Assembly (NCBI GenBank): GCA_964016885.1
Contig: OZ024742.1
Span: 136,028,001-136,092,000, forward strand
Source: Eledone cirrhosa
Taxonomy: Eukaryota
Direction of reading: 5' to 3'
Length of the DNA stretch: 64,000 nt
Part shown: positions 13,421-25,544 of the stretch, piece by piece
Position numbering within the stretch: the first letter of the stretch is position 1
Layout of the letters: every line of letters begins with the position of its first letter
Translations under genes and position numbers: made by a program
The notes under the pieces: generated by a model
Seen by the model: only the letters and a program-made list of their open reading frames with translations
Database searches by the model: none
Told to the model about the DNA's origin: nothing

Positions 13421-13673
13421 CCTTGTCTGGCTTTCTGGAGAATAGGGGGAAGGTGTTCCCCCGAAAAACCAGTATGACTCTAAAAACCGGTTTGTCTGTG
13501 TGTTTACATACAGAATAGCTGGCCGCTCACTGCAAAGCGACCAGTGAAAGACTTGGTACACCTACATATGTATACGTGTGTGTATTCATATACACACTAG
13601 TATTTCAGTATGCATATGTAGATGTACGTTTTTAACTTAATTGTTTATATATATATATTTATATATATATATT

Positions 13674-13707
<34 letters not shown>

Positions 13708-13730
13708 TATATATATATATTTATATATAT

Positions 13731-13938
13731 AACGAAGGAAAGTGGTAAGGAACCAGGTGGACCATAACGCACCAAAGTACTCAATACTTGAGGTAGTAGA
13801 GTGGGTAATAGGAGCCAGTAAGACCCCGACAGCTGAGCTCAAGCCGTTTCGACGGCTAATTCTGGACTAATTTCGACGGCTAGTCCAGAATTAGCCGTCG
13901 AAACGGCTTGAGCTCAGCTGTCGGGGTCTTACTGGTTC

Positions 13939-13943
<5 letters not shown>
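13731..13943 (+). repeat. Short fold-back element (family S), copy 3
   Basis: ~60-bp near-perfect inverted arms at 13808-13868 and 13882-13943. Confidence 0.8.
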
Positions 13944-13978
<35 letters not shown>

Positions 13979-14409
13979 GTATATATGTATATGTGTGTGC
14001 ATGTATGTATATTTGTGTGAGTAAACATGCATACATACATATTTGGTCCTTTACTAAATGAAGGTGAGTGAGAACCTGTGTGTGTATGTGTTTGTGTGCG
14101 TATTTATGGCAGATATAGGGTGCATGCGTACGCATCCGTATAAGTATATGTACATTCATTGTACTTAAATATACATCACATGTTTGCATATGTGGTTCTA
14201 CAAAAATATAAACACACACACACACACTCTCTCTCTCTCTTTCTCTTTCCCTCTCTCTCTCTCCCTATTTCTCTCTCTCTCTGCCATATGTGTCTGCATG
14301 AGCCCATGTGCGTAAACGTTTACATGTGTCTGTGCTTCTATGTAAACAGATAGAAAACGAATCTCAAAGGTACACACACTCGTACATGTTACATGTACAT
14401 ACAAAAACT

Positions 14410-14487
<78 letters not shown>

Positions 14488-14503
14488 TCTCTCTCTCTCT
14501 CTC

Positions 14504-14537
<34 letters not shown>

Positions 14538-14542
<5 letters not shown>

Positions 14543-14751
14543 GTAAGAATATTTTCAAAACATCGAGTGGGTTTGAAATTATTAGAAATGTAAGCTCTCG
14601 TCGTATTTTGACTAAAGAAATTAAAGAAATTATTTAGCCTGATAGTGGGGTTAAGAACCCTCGGAGAAATGGAAAAGGATGGGTATTGACGTACGTACGT
14701 CAATACCCATCTTTTTCCACTTCTCAAAATACGGCGATAGCTTACATTTCT

Positions 14752-14756
<5 letters not shown>
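14538..14756 (+). repeat. Dispersed (TA)n-embedded repeat with partial inversion
   Basis: gactaaagaaat..tagc(c/t)tgatagtggggtt.a.aaccctc..agaaatggaaaa also occurs at 5905-5951/9069-9085 (split by the hAT) and on the minus strand at 55130-55240. Confidence 0.7.
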
Positions 14757-14794
<38 letters not shown>

Positions 14795-15423
14795 TATATA
14801 TAGTGAGTAGGAGAGAAACAGTCAAACATACTCAGTGTGAGATACTCATCCATATATTACTCAAAGACAATAAGTTAGTGATAAGCACAGTCTGAGTGGT
14901 GTCTGTTAAACAGATTAGAATCCAGAGCCAGTCATTTCTCACTTCCGTTATACCCTGTACCTGCAATTTCCGGTGGAAATCAGTCGCTTGGAATAGAATG
15001 GGTTACGCTTAGCTGACTTCCCCATCCTCTGTATGTCTGATGGTAGATGAAGACTGCGGCAGTAACCCAACAGCTAAGTAAAGGAGACAAAACACATACA
15101 CACATACATACACAAGCACAAACACACAAACGGTTACGCACACACACACACGCACACGCACACACGCACACAAACACACACACACACATTTATATATATA
15201 TATGATATATGCATATAACTGATGTACTACTGAATATAAAGAAACATAATAGAACCATATGGGCAAAAGAGTAAACATCTAATGTAAATATATGAACTAA
15301 CATGAATTGTTTAAAACTTGCTATATTACATGATATCACCGTGGTTTCCTTTTTAATCCCATGTTGTAACAGTAATTTAATAAACAAATTATGAAGTAAT
15401 TAAGGCCCACCCAATATATATAT

Positions 15424-15661
15424 CGGGGACGGTGGATCTGGGGTGTGACTCATGCCCCCCCCCCCCGCAAATAATTATATTTTCTCCCCAAACTACAAAG
15501 ACAAACACACATCTATTTGTATTTGCGCTACAAATTATGTACATGTTATGTTTATCACATATCGAAGTTTTTATATCTTGGTTGATATTTGATAACAGCT
15601 AAGGTTGTTTGGAGTCTCATTCTTGGATTAATCAGACTTCACATACTCAGTTCTGTCCCCG
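15424..15661. mobile_element. Possible MITE
   Basis: Ends cggggacgg / ctgtccccg; a related copy at ~44248-44436 shares aataattatattttctccccaaactac. Confidence 0.4.
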
Positions 15662-15744
15662 ATTCCATTCCATAGATATAGCTGTTTTCAGTGTGATATT
15701 CTAATTTAATTATTTCCTGGATTTTGTTCCATGTATATATATTT

Positions 15745-15785
<41 letters not shown>

Positions 15786-16010
15786 AGGGGGTACATGACA
15801 CAGTATAATGCGGCTTGGGGGAGAATTGTCTGCTTTTTTAACTAGGCTTACCTACGATGTAGAGGTTCTACTACATTGGCTTATACGATATATGCTAGCA
15901 AGTAGCTCCTAAACAGAGCTCCTGTATTTTGAGGGAGATTTAGCTACTATTTCTAGCTACCGTGTAGGGACCTACTCTTTTGTCACGTATATATATATAT
16001 ATATATATAT

Positions 16011-17166
16011 AAATATGGTAATAATGATGGCTGCCCGTTGCAAATGGTGGTGCATATGAAAAAGTGAGTCCTTCATCAGTGACCCTCCAACCGTCCCAGG
16101 CATTTCATCGCTTTAAGGGCCATATGCCTCAGGTTGGTGCGAACAACGGCTAAAAAAAGTCATTGGGACACGTAAATAAAGGGGACGTTAGGGTAACAAA
16201 CAAAATGGTTTAAGCAACGGAAAGTGAGAAGAAATAGACAAGTCCCAGATCTCTATGAATATAAACTCGGTGAAATCGTGAACAAGAGACAAAAGACCAT
16301 CAAACCTGGTTGAAATGTGAGAAAGGAAGGAATTTCGCACAAGTCTAACGGGGGGGGGGGGGGTGAAGAAGAAGAAGAAGAAGAAGAAGAAGAAGAAGAA
16401 GAAGAAGAAGAAGAAGAAGAAGAAGAAGAAGGGGTCTGGTCTACGAATTCGGTAAACATAAGTTTTGTGAAGTCGCAGACGAAAGAGAGAGAAAACAAAT
16501 TCCATACCAGCTTGACCAGGACGCGCGAGAAAAGAATTTCACACAGGTCAAACTTGAAGGAGGAGGAGAGGTAGTGACAGAAAATGAGTGAGTGAAAGTT
16601 GAGGAGGAGGCTAACAGAGAGAGAGACTGCTAGAAAGGGTAAAAGGTACAAAGAACGAGAAAGGGTAAAGGTACAAAGAACGAACAGACAGTGGCAGCAG
16701 AAGAAAAATTATGTGTAAATATGGTAATAATGATGGCTGCCCGTTGCAAATGGTGGTGCATATGAAAAAGTGAGTCCTTCATCAGTGACCCTCCAACCGT
16801 CCCAGGCATTTCATCGCTTTAAGGGCCATATGCCTCAGGTTGGTGCGAACAACGGCTAAAAAAAGTCGTTGGGACACGTAATAAAGGGGACGTTAGGGTA
16901 ACAAACAAAATGGTTTAAGCAACGGAAAGTGAGAAGAAATAGACAAGTCCCAGATCTCTATGAATATAAACTCGGTGAAATCGTGAACAAGAGACAAAAG
17001 ACCATCAAACCTGGTTGAAATGTGAGAAAGGAAGGAATTTCGCACAAGTCTAACGGGGGGGGGGGTGAAGAAGAAGAAGAAGAAGGGGTCTGGTCTACGA
17101 ATTCGGTAAACATAAGTTTTGTGAAGTCGCAGACGAAAGAGAGAGAGAGAAAAAATTCCATACCAG

Positions 17167-17169
<3 letters not shown>
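16011..17169. repeat. 706-bp tandem duplication (1.6 units) containing G-run + (GAA)n
   Basis: aaatatggtaataatgatggctgcccg at 16011 and 16717; the copies differ in (GAA)n length. Confidence 0.9.
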
Positions 17170-17229
<60 letters not shown>

Positions 17230-17503
17230 GGAAAAAATGAAACGAAATTTCATTTCTCACTCTTAGTACGACTGTTACTTCAATATAAGTATGTATACGT
17301 ACATACATATATGTATACATACTTATATTTAAGTAACAGCCGTACTAAGAGTGAGAAATGAAATTTCGTTTCATTTTTTCCGTTTATCGTGTTCGGTACC
17401 CCGGACATTAACTCACTCAATATGCAAATTAGGCTGCTCAGCCGTTAATATGCATAAGAAAAGTATATACTTTCAGACGTTCAATCATCTGGCAGGAAGG
17501 TAT

Positions 17504-17546
17504 ACGTTGCTGACGATAGCTAATAAGCTTGAAACTAGTACAGCGT
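17504..17546 (+). ncRNA. Minimal type I hammerhead E1
   Basis: acgttg CTGACGA T AGCT aata AGCT T GAAA C TA G TA cagcgt; GUA triplet. Confidence 0.82.
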
Positions 17547-17874
17547 TCCTTTGTCAGTGTTGAACAAATGAGCAACGATGGTTGCTAGACACTGTACGGC
17601 TTAATTGGGGATGTTTGTTTACAAACACACCGAGCATTATAATAAATGTTCGGTGAATCCATAAGTACATATATATATATGTGTGCATGTATGTATATAT
17701 ATATATATACATACTACTGTACGTCTGTATACATATATGTATGTATGTATACATACTTATATTTAAGTAACAGCCGTACTAAGAGTGAGAAATGAAATTT
17801 CGTTTCATTTTTTCCGTTTATCGTTTTCGGTACCCCGGCCGATTAACTCACTCGATATGCAAATTAGGCTGCAT

Positions 17875-17917
17875 ACGTTGCTGACCATAGCTAATAAGCT
17901 TAAAACTAGTACAGCGT
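17875..17917 (+). ncRNA. Degenerate hammerhead E2
   Basis: Core mutated to CTGACCA and AAAA. Confidence 0.55.
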
Positions 17918-18317
17918 CCCTTTGTCAGTGTTGAACAAATGAGCAACGATGATTGCTAGACACTGTACGGCTTAATTCGGGATGTTTGTTTACAAACACA
18001 CCGAGCCTTATAATAAATGTTCGGTGAATCCATACGTACATATATATGTGTGCATGCATGTATATATATATACATACTACTGTACGTCTGTATACATATA
18101 TGTATGTACGTGTACATACATATATTTATACATACTTATATTTAAGTAACAGCGGTACTAAGAGTGAGAAATGAAATTTCGTTTCATTTTTTCCGTTTAT
18201 CGTTTTCGGTACCCCGGCCGATTAACTCACTCGATGTGCAAATTAGGTTGCTCAGCCGTTAATATGCATAAGGAAAGTATATACTTTCAGACGTTCAATC
18301 ATCTGGCAGGAAGGTAT

Positions 18318-18360
18318 ACGTTGCTGACGATAGCTAATAAGCTTGAAACTAGTACAGCGT
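18318..18360 (+). ncRNA. Minimal type I hammerhead E3
   Basis: Identical to E1. Confidence 0.82.
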
Positions 18361-18536
18361 TCCTTTTGTCAGTGTTGAACAAATGAGCAACGATAGTCGC
18401 TAGACACTGTACGGCTTAATTCGGGATGTTTGTTTACAAACACACCGAGCATTATAATAAAAGTTCGGTGAATCCATACGTACATATATATATGTGTGCA
18501 TGTATGTATATATATATACATACTACTGTACGTCTG

Positions 18537-18662
<126 letters not shown>

Positions 18663-19454
18663 TGATAGATATAGAGTGATACATTCGTAATACATATGGT
18701 AAAGTTTGAGGGAGTATTGGCTGCTATTTCTACTATGTCTAGCTACCATGTAGAGGCTCATACCACATTGGCCTATAAACTATATGCTAGCATTTACCTT
18801 CTAAGCCGAACCTTTTAGTGCACTTGTGTATCGGTTGGTGCGCTGCAAGATATTATTATTTCCATCGCGTAGGAGAAAGATTAGATTTTAGAACCTGATA
18901 AAATCCAAACTGACTGTCGCAAGAAATGTTGTATATAACCCTCCTCCGTTTGACCTCCTATCGGTGATGCGGTTGTATTAGATGCAATGAAGTTTTTTAA
19001 ATGTCTTTTACGAAAAAGAAAAGTGCGTCTAGGCTGCCAAATAAATTAAACTAAAAATGAATACATTAATTTATGATTTAGGCACAAAACCAACAATTTT
19101 AGGGAGGGGGGAAAGTCGATCAAATCGACCCAATGCATTACTGGTTCTGAGTTCAAATCCCGCAGAGATTATACTAGGGTTATAAAATAAAGCACCAGTA
19201 ATGCATTGGGTTCGATATGACCTTCATATTGGGGGTGGAACTTTTAAACAGACACTTCATGAAATGGGAAATGGATTTCCCTCGATGAATCTCGTGGGAA
19301 ATCCAGTTCCCATTTCATATGTGTATGAAACTTTATTTATATTATATTAGCTATCTTTCTTTTATGAGTTTCTACAGACACACACCGTTATTGCACCAAC
19401 CAATCTATTCTCTATCGATAACTACTCTAAATATAGATACACAACACATATATT

Positions 19455-19499
<45 letters not shown>

Positions 19500-19504
<5 letters not shown>

Positions 19505-20103
19505 TGGCTGCCAACTCGTTTTCGAGTACGCCCACTACTTTATATCGGAGAACCCCTACCCATGCGCTGAACGAGTGTGACTTTTTAGTCCAGCCAGCGA
19601 CTTCATAACTCTGGTACAAACGCTACACTTGTGACAATTATTGACACATAGTGCTGGACCCATGGTACATGTGATGACAAGTGCAGAGAGATCTCCAGAT
19701 ATAAATCAATGCCTGTGCCGCGAAGCTTTTATAGTGAGCAAAGGCACTGCACAAAGCCAGTCCCACTCTCTTAACCAAGATGATATTTACCAAAAAGAAG
19801 AACAAGTCAACATCAGTGGATACCATCAGGGTTGCAGGTGTTATATCAGAGTTTTCCTTCTCCTAGAATTCTGCCTTGACAAAGGCTAGGGGGTCATCTC
19901 TCCCGGTGATTTTGGATGGCCATTGACTCTTAAGAGCTCCTTTGCCCTTTGACAGGTTTTGTTTTTAGTCCTGCAGGATGTCCAAAGTCACCCTCCTCAC
20001 CAAGAAACCTTAGTGGGGTTGCCAGTTTAGTCGCCAACGACCCGACCATGAGACAGGTTGTACTGGGATACATGTTCCCAGTAGCACCAACTGGTGACCT
20101 GAC
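19500..20103 (-). mobile_element. Bipartite non-autonomous RTE-derived element (5' UTR fused to 3' end)
   Basis: Minus strand has an RTE-like 5' UTR segment (ctaggagaaggaaaactctga), then a C2H2 tail CSVCTRVMKSLAGLKSHTRSAHG* (~19556-19630), ending ggcagccacc(AT)n; no RT between them. Confidence 0.65.
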
Positions 20104-20113
20104 ATATATATAT

Positions 20114-20303
20114 ATAGGAACAAGTATGACCCGACGGCAGTGCTCAAGCCGTTTGGATGGCTATTTCAGTCCAGAAATAGCCGTCGAACGGCTCGAGCTC
20201 TGCCCTCAGGGTCATACTTGTTCCTATTACCCACTCTACTACCCTAAGTATTGAGTACTTTGTTGCGTTATGGTCCATCTGGTTCCTTACCACAATTCTT
20301 TCG

Positions 20304-20306
<3 letters not shown>
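20114..20306 (-). repeat. Short fold-back element (family S), copy 4
   Basis: Homologous to the other S copies. Confidence 0.8.
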
Positions 20307-20380
<74 letters not shown>

Positions 20381-20535
20381 TATCAGTGCTCTGAAATAGC
20401 GATGTATATATGAAGGAATGTATAGTATATTTGAAAATATACTGTATGTTTATTTTAAAACATTTTGAAGACCATTCTCTATGAGTTTTAAAGTAGTGAC
20501 TATGTCAATTACTTTGTCTCGGCAAAAATAAAGGG

Positions 20536-20584
20536 AAGCAACCGACAGCTGTTTCTCGTTTGTTAACGGTTATCAAGATTGCTT
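20536..20584 (-). ncRNA. Type I hammerhead variant F with U3-A8 core
   Basis: aagcaatc TTGATAA C CGTT aaca AACG A GAAA C AGCT G TC ggttgctt; lies in a ~330-bp unit with agtatcagtgctctga repeated at 20379 and 20695. Confidence 0.75.
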
Positions 20585-21149
20585 ATCCTCTCGCTTCTGC
20601 CGAGACTTATCGAAGCTGGATTCTTATAGAATTCCAGTGACGTTTAAGAGCTGATTAAGCAGAGCAGTTGACGGTCCAGCAAAAATTAGAAATTAGTATC
20701 AGTGCTCTGATATATATATTAGATATATATATATATATATTAAAATACCAGATCAGACTTTAAGAAAAGAATCGCTGCTTTCACCCTCAACTGCATCTTC
20801 TGTTAAGGATGAAAGCAACGATTCTTTGCTTAAACTTTAATCTGTTATTTTAATATATATTTGCTCCATGGTTCTTTTATATTTGATATATATTTATCCT
20901 TATCGAGACCTCTTTGGATTTTAGTCTTCACATTTATTGTTATTACTATATATATATTTATATATATATATATATGCAAACAAGCATACAGGACCGTCAA
21001 AGACACAAATCGGAACGCAGAATCGAACGACAAATCGACAAAATCCTAGTCCTTATTCGCTTACCGAGTTGAGTGTAACACGTCAGATTGGAGCAAGCAA
21101 CAATGTCTTTCCAATTGCTATTGCTATCTATCGGTCGCGACTCCTGACA

Positions 21150-21272
21150 GAAGGAGCAACGTGAAATAAAGTGTCTTACTAAAGAACATAACGCGTCGCC
21201 CGACCCGGAAATCGATCTTGCAACGTCTTGATTGAAAATCCAGCTTTAACCAAAAAGCCACGAACCTTCATA
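21150..21272 (-). mobile_element. tRNA-head SINE fragment (second family)
   Basis: caacgtgaaataaa.tgtct...cataacgc.tcgccc...aagccacgaaccttca is shared with 61458-61569. Confidence 0.6.
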
Positions 21273-21298
21273 AAGAAAATAGATACTGATCCTATAAT

Positions 21299-21471
21299 TG
21301 TTTCTACGTTAGGCACAAAGCCAGCAATTACCCAGTGCATTACTTTCATCGACCCCGTAAGGATGAAAGGCAAAGTTAACCTTGGCGGGATTTGAACTCA
21401 GAATGGCAAGGGCCATAACTCTATGCGTCAAAGCATGGCGTCCGACCCTCTACCGATACTGCCAATCCACC
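21299..21471 (-). mobile_element. Octopod SINE with 14-bp TSD
   Basis: TSD actgatcctataat at 21285-21298 and 21472-21485. Confidence 0.88.
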
Positions 21472-21557
21472 ACTGATCCTATAATGCTAGTATTTGGGGT
21501 TCCCATACTGATGCTGAGATAGCTCTGACGTCATCAACGAGTCACATGTTTGCTTAT

Positions 21558-21744
21558 TGGATTGGCAGTAGCGGTAGAGGGTCTGACGCCATGCTTTGCA
21601 GCAAAGAGTTACGGCCCTTTAATGGTCTAAGTTCAAATCCCGCAGAGGTTAACTTTGCCTTTCATCCTTACGGGGTCGATAAAATAAAGCACCAGTAATA
21701 CATTGAGATAGTTGCTGGCCTTGTACCAAAAGTAGAAAAAATTA
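21558..21744 (+). mobile_element. Octopod SINE
   Basis: Homologous to 11580-11769. Confidence 0.85.
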
Positions 21745-21815
21745 TATATGAACATAGTGTATATGCTTTCTGATATACGTCTACTCTGAATTACGTAATA
21801 CACACCCATACACAT

Positions 21816-21846
<31 letters not shown>

Positions 21847-22816
21847 CTACTAGATTTTATTTTCATTTTTTGTCTTTGCTTTAGTCATTAATCTATAATA
21901 ATGCTACAGTTCCACCATCTCGGGTATAGCCGATTACATTGAGCACTAGATTTAATGTGCACGAAGTGTACATAATTTAGAATAATAAAACGTAAAATGT
22001 AATTTGTCCACCTTATGAATGTACCCACGCACATATAAATTTATAGTGCATGATAATGTGTGTACGTGTGTATGTGTATCGCAATAAATATATATACGTA
22101 TGTTTACATGAAAGAATACAACTCTAACCCTGGTGGAAATCTGAACACTAATGTGTTTTTGTAAAACCGAAATAATATAGCCTATAGGTCAAAATATTAC
22201 CATATATATATATATTGGGAAAACATAAATACATTATGTCTTATCAAGAAATAACGAAATATCAGAGGTAGTACATCATTCGCTCTCTTCCTTCATCCGT
22301 TTATTAAATATATGTGTGTTTGTGTATGATTTGCTAAAACATCTAATACACATGTATCAATAGGCAAACATATATATACACACATATATATGTGTGTATA
22401 TGTATGTGAGTATATATATATATACCGACTTGTTGCCGACTCTGTGCAAGACATTTTAGATCATTGGCTGGGCTAAAAAGCCACATTCGATCGCAGCGCT
22501 GTTAGTTGCTATCGTGTGTGTGTGTGTGTATAGATATGCTTATGTGTGTGCGTGTATGTGTATATATATATGTATATCATTATTGTTGTTGTCGTTATTA
22601 TTATTGTTGTTGTTATTATTATTATTATTAGTTATTAATGTATGTGTGTGTGTGTGTGTGTGTGTATGTGTGTGTGTGTGTATATGTGTATGTATGTGTG
22701 TATGTATATATATATATATATATCTTTTTATTTTAATTTTTATTTTATTTTTTATTTATTTATTTTATTTTTTTTTTTCTCCTCGTGCAATGGCCATACT
22801 CGATAACGAGGGGGCA

Positions 22817-22884
<68 letters not shown>

Positions 22885-23746
22885 ATGTGTGTATATATAT
22901 AAATGTATATATATATATATATATATATACTGTATATATATATATATATATATTATGTATATAAATGTATATATATGTATATACAAAAAGTTATGAAACG
23001 AAAGGAGCTGTGTGGTTACTAAAAACAAGGTTTAGGATGGTGGTTAGGACGGAACAGGAGGAGAAAGGAAGAAAGGAGTTTCCATCGTCAGCTGTAAATG
23101 TATCCCGAACCGATGTTTCGGCGCTGAATTACAGGACATCGGTGTAGTTCGGGTGCGCCCGATGCCTTTTATTAATCAAAAGGCCAGGTGGAAAAGGAGA
23201 GAGAAAGAGAGAAAAAAAAGGAGAGAAAAAGGAAAGAGAGGGAAAGGAGGAAGAACAGGGGGGAAAGATGAGGAGAGAGAAAGAAGGGGAAAATAGGAAA
23301 GGAATAGATGAAAAAAGTGTGCAGATCCCATCGTGGGAAGACACAGGTGAAAGAAACATGCCAAAAAGTAACCGTGGAAAAATAGGGAAAGTAAGTTGTG
23401 GCCAGCCTGGGAGACTTTAGCCTGGTGGTCAGCTACGACTCAGAGCTGGTATGATCGTGCTGCCTCTTGCATAGACAGGAGAAAGTGAGAGAGAGACACT
23501 ATATATATGTATATAAATGTATATATATATATATACATATATATGTATATAAATGTATATATATATATGTGTGTATAACTGTACTAGGAGAAGTACCCGG
23601 CGTTGCCCGGGCGTAAGTCGCCCTTTGCTCTGTTGTTAAAATGTGTGAAAGTTACTTCCCGCGCATCACAGGTGCAAAAACCTTCGAACCTCAAGGAAAA
23701 AAAACAGAGGTTAGTAGACCCAGGTGTGTAATTGAGCATAAATAAT

Positions 23747-23929
23747 TGTTTCTACTTTTGGCACAAGGCCAGCAATTAACCAGTGTATTACTGGTACTTT
23801 ATTTTATCGAGCCCGTAAGGATGAAAGGCAAAGTTAACCTCGACGGGATTTGAACTCAGATTGGAAAGGGCGGTAACTCTACGCATCAAAGCATGGCGTC
23901 CGACCCTCTACCGATACTGCCAATCCACG
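23747..23929 (-). mobile_element. Octopod SINE nested in the Helitron, 11-bp TSD
   Basis: TSD gcataaataat at 23736-23746 and 23930-23940. Confidence 0.88.
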
Positions 23930-25544
23930 GCATAAATAATGGATCAATTGTAGGTTCACAGTGTATCGTTGAAATTGTTCTTTGCACGACTGACGGATGT
24001 CAAATTCACTTGAAATTGAATTTTCAGTTGATATTTAAATCAGGGTGAAAAAGTCGATTTTTTTCACAGTTTTTTTTTCCCCCCAATTTTCGCCCTCACA
24101 TGTGCAGAAGAAATAAAAAGGACTGCGGCATAATGGCGAGTCTTTTGCAACAGTTTTCAAGAAAATTGGACGTTCCTGTAAAAAGTTTTCCCATGTGCAA
24201 CTTTGCCTTGTTTTTTGCGCAAAGTCGAACCCCCGCTTCAGTTTTATTGATTTTTTACATGAATGTGTGACCTCTAAAGTAGATTTGTGTAGCTAAAAAC
24301 CTGTCCCGGTAAATTTGCTATAGGTGAATAAAAGTTGATTAAAATTGTGTCTAGGGTTATTGCCCTTTGCAACAGCCTCAACGTGTCTTCAAGTATGGTT
24401 TGTTAATTTGTTGGGGAACTAAATCGACTTTCGTCAAATTGGACCGAGGAAACAATGTTTCCATTTGTCATTCTAGCTGGTGTACCCGGTTACACTCGGG
24501 TTATAAGGCGCTGGATTTAAACGGGTCTGCGCTAAATTCCAGCAGGATGCTTTAACCGAAATAAATGAAGAACAAACGTTTCTTTTTTTGCTGCAATATG
24601 TGATATTGGTATTTTGAAAAAATAGTCCACAAACATCCATGGAGCATGTGTAACGCATGTATCAGGTTATGAGAAAAAGGGTTTTCGATTCTCCATTCAT
24701 AAGATACCAAAAAATTGCACGCAAATAAACCGGGATTTTAAGGCACTGCCCAATTCATAGCTGAAAGGTAGGAATCAAGTGGAATAATGTTTTGCGACAT
24801 TGTCAAATGTACAACTGTACAAAAGCAAAGGATATAGCCATTGAAATCTAGGTAGACCAAAGAATTTGGTGGGGTTGTATATCAGAGGATTGTTTTCCTT
24901 GTGATTCGCGTCTACCCTACAAAGTGAAGTTAGATGATTGTAGTCGGTGTTGTATCAATAAAAAATAAAAGCATACGGAAGACTAAACACTTACGAATTA
25001 AGTGAAAATCGCGTTGATATTCCTATCGGAGCAACATGTGCCGAAAAACCTGACGGACTGTTGTATCAATATTGAAATCGTAGAAATTGCGAATCCCGAC
25101 CTCTAAGATATAATGGATAGGCCTTGGAGGTGAAGAGGAAGAATTGGTACAATTGTTTTGCTAAACATGTTGACCATTAATTTAAATAGACTTACGCAGC
25201 ACCATCGTGCGGTATTGTTGTTTATGGCCTAGAATGAGGGCCGGTTAAACGCGGCAAAAAAATAAGCTATGCTGATGATGTTTAGGGGCGTCGTGGGGAA
25301 TAGATGCGGCGTTGTGAGTCAATTGTGAGGACAGTGGAAGGCACGTTGATCGCTTGAGAAGACGCGATGCTACACAGGATGCTTCTCGGCCATAATTGAC
25401 AGAAAGGCAGGTCAGGAGAAATGAAAGAGTTGCTATTCATCCTTTGCTTAGCACGATGAACATATAATTAAAAAGATTTAGCATGGACTATCGTGTACGT
25501 TGGTATTGTGTTTAGCCTGCGAAAATCGGTGGTCAAATGGGGCA

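Larger units (their letters stand above)
12058..13646. repeat. Family D: 467-bp tandem array (2.6 near-identical units) plus inverted partial unit
   Basis: Units start at 12058, 12525 and 12992; 13258-13646 is the reverse complement of ~12126-12515; (TA)n on both sides; the same 72-aa pseudo-ORF recurs. Confidence 0.95.

Noticed and set aside
12212-13561. Repeated 72-aa ORF MYQVFHWSLCSERP
   Set aside because: GTG start, no recognisable domain; it recurs only because the 467-bp unit is repeated.
14636-14672. CTGATAG-TGGGG/CCCTC-GGAGAAA
   Set aside because: Core and spacing do not fit a hammerhead.
23070-23155. CTGACGA and GAAAC motifs on the minus strand (similar CTGATGAGGAAAAC at ~30645 and ~54570)
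   Set aside because: The motifs cannot be closed into three paired stems; probably pLTR remnants.
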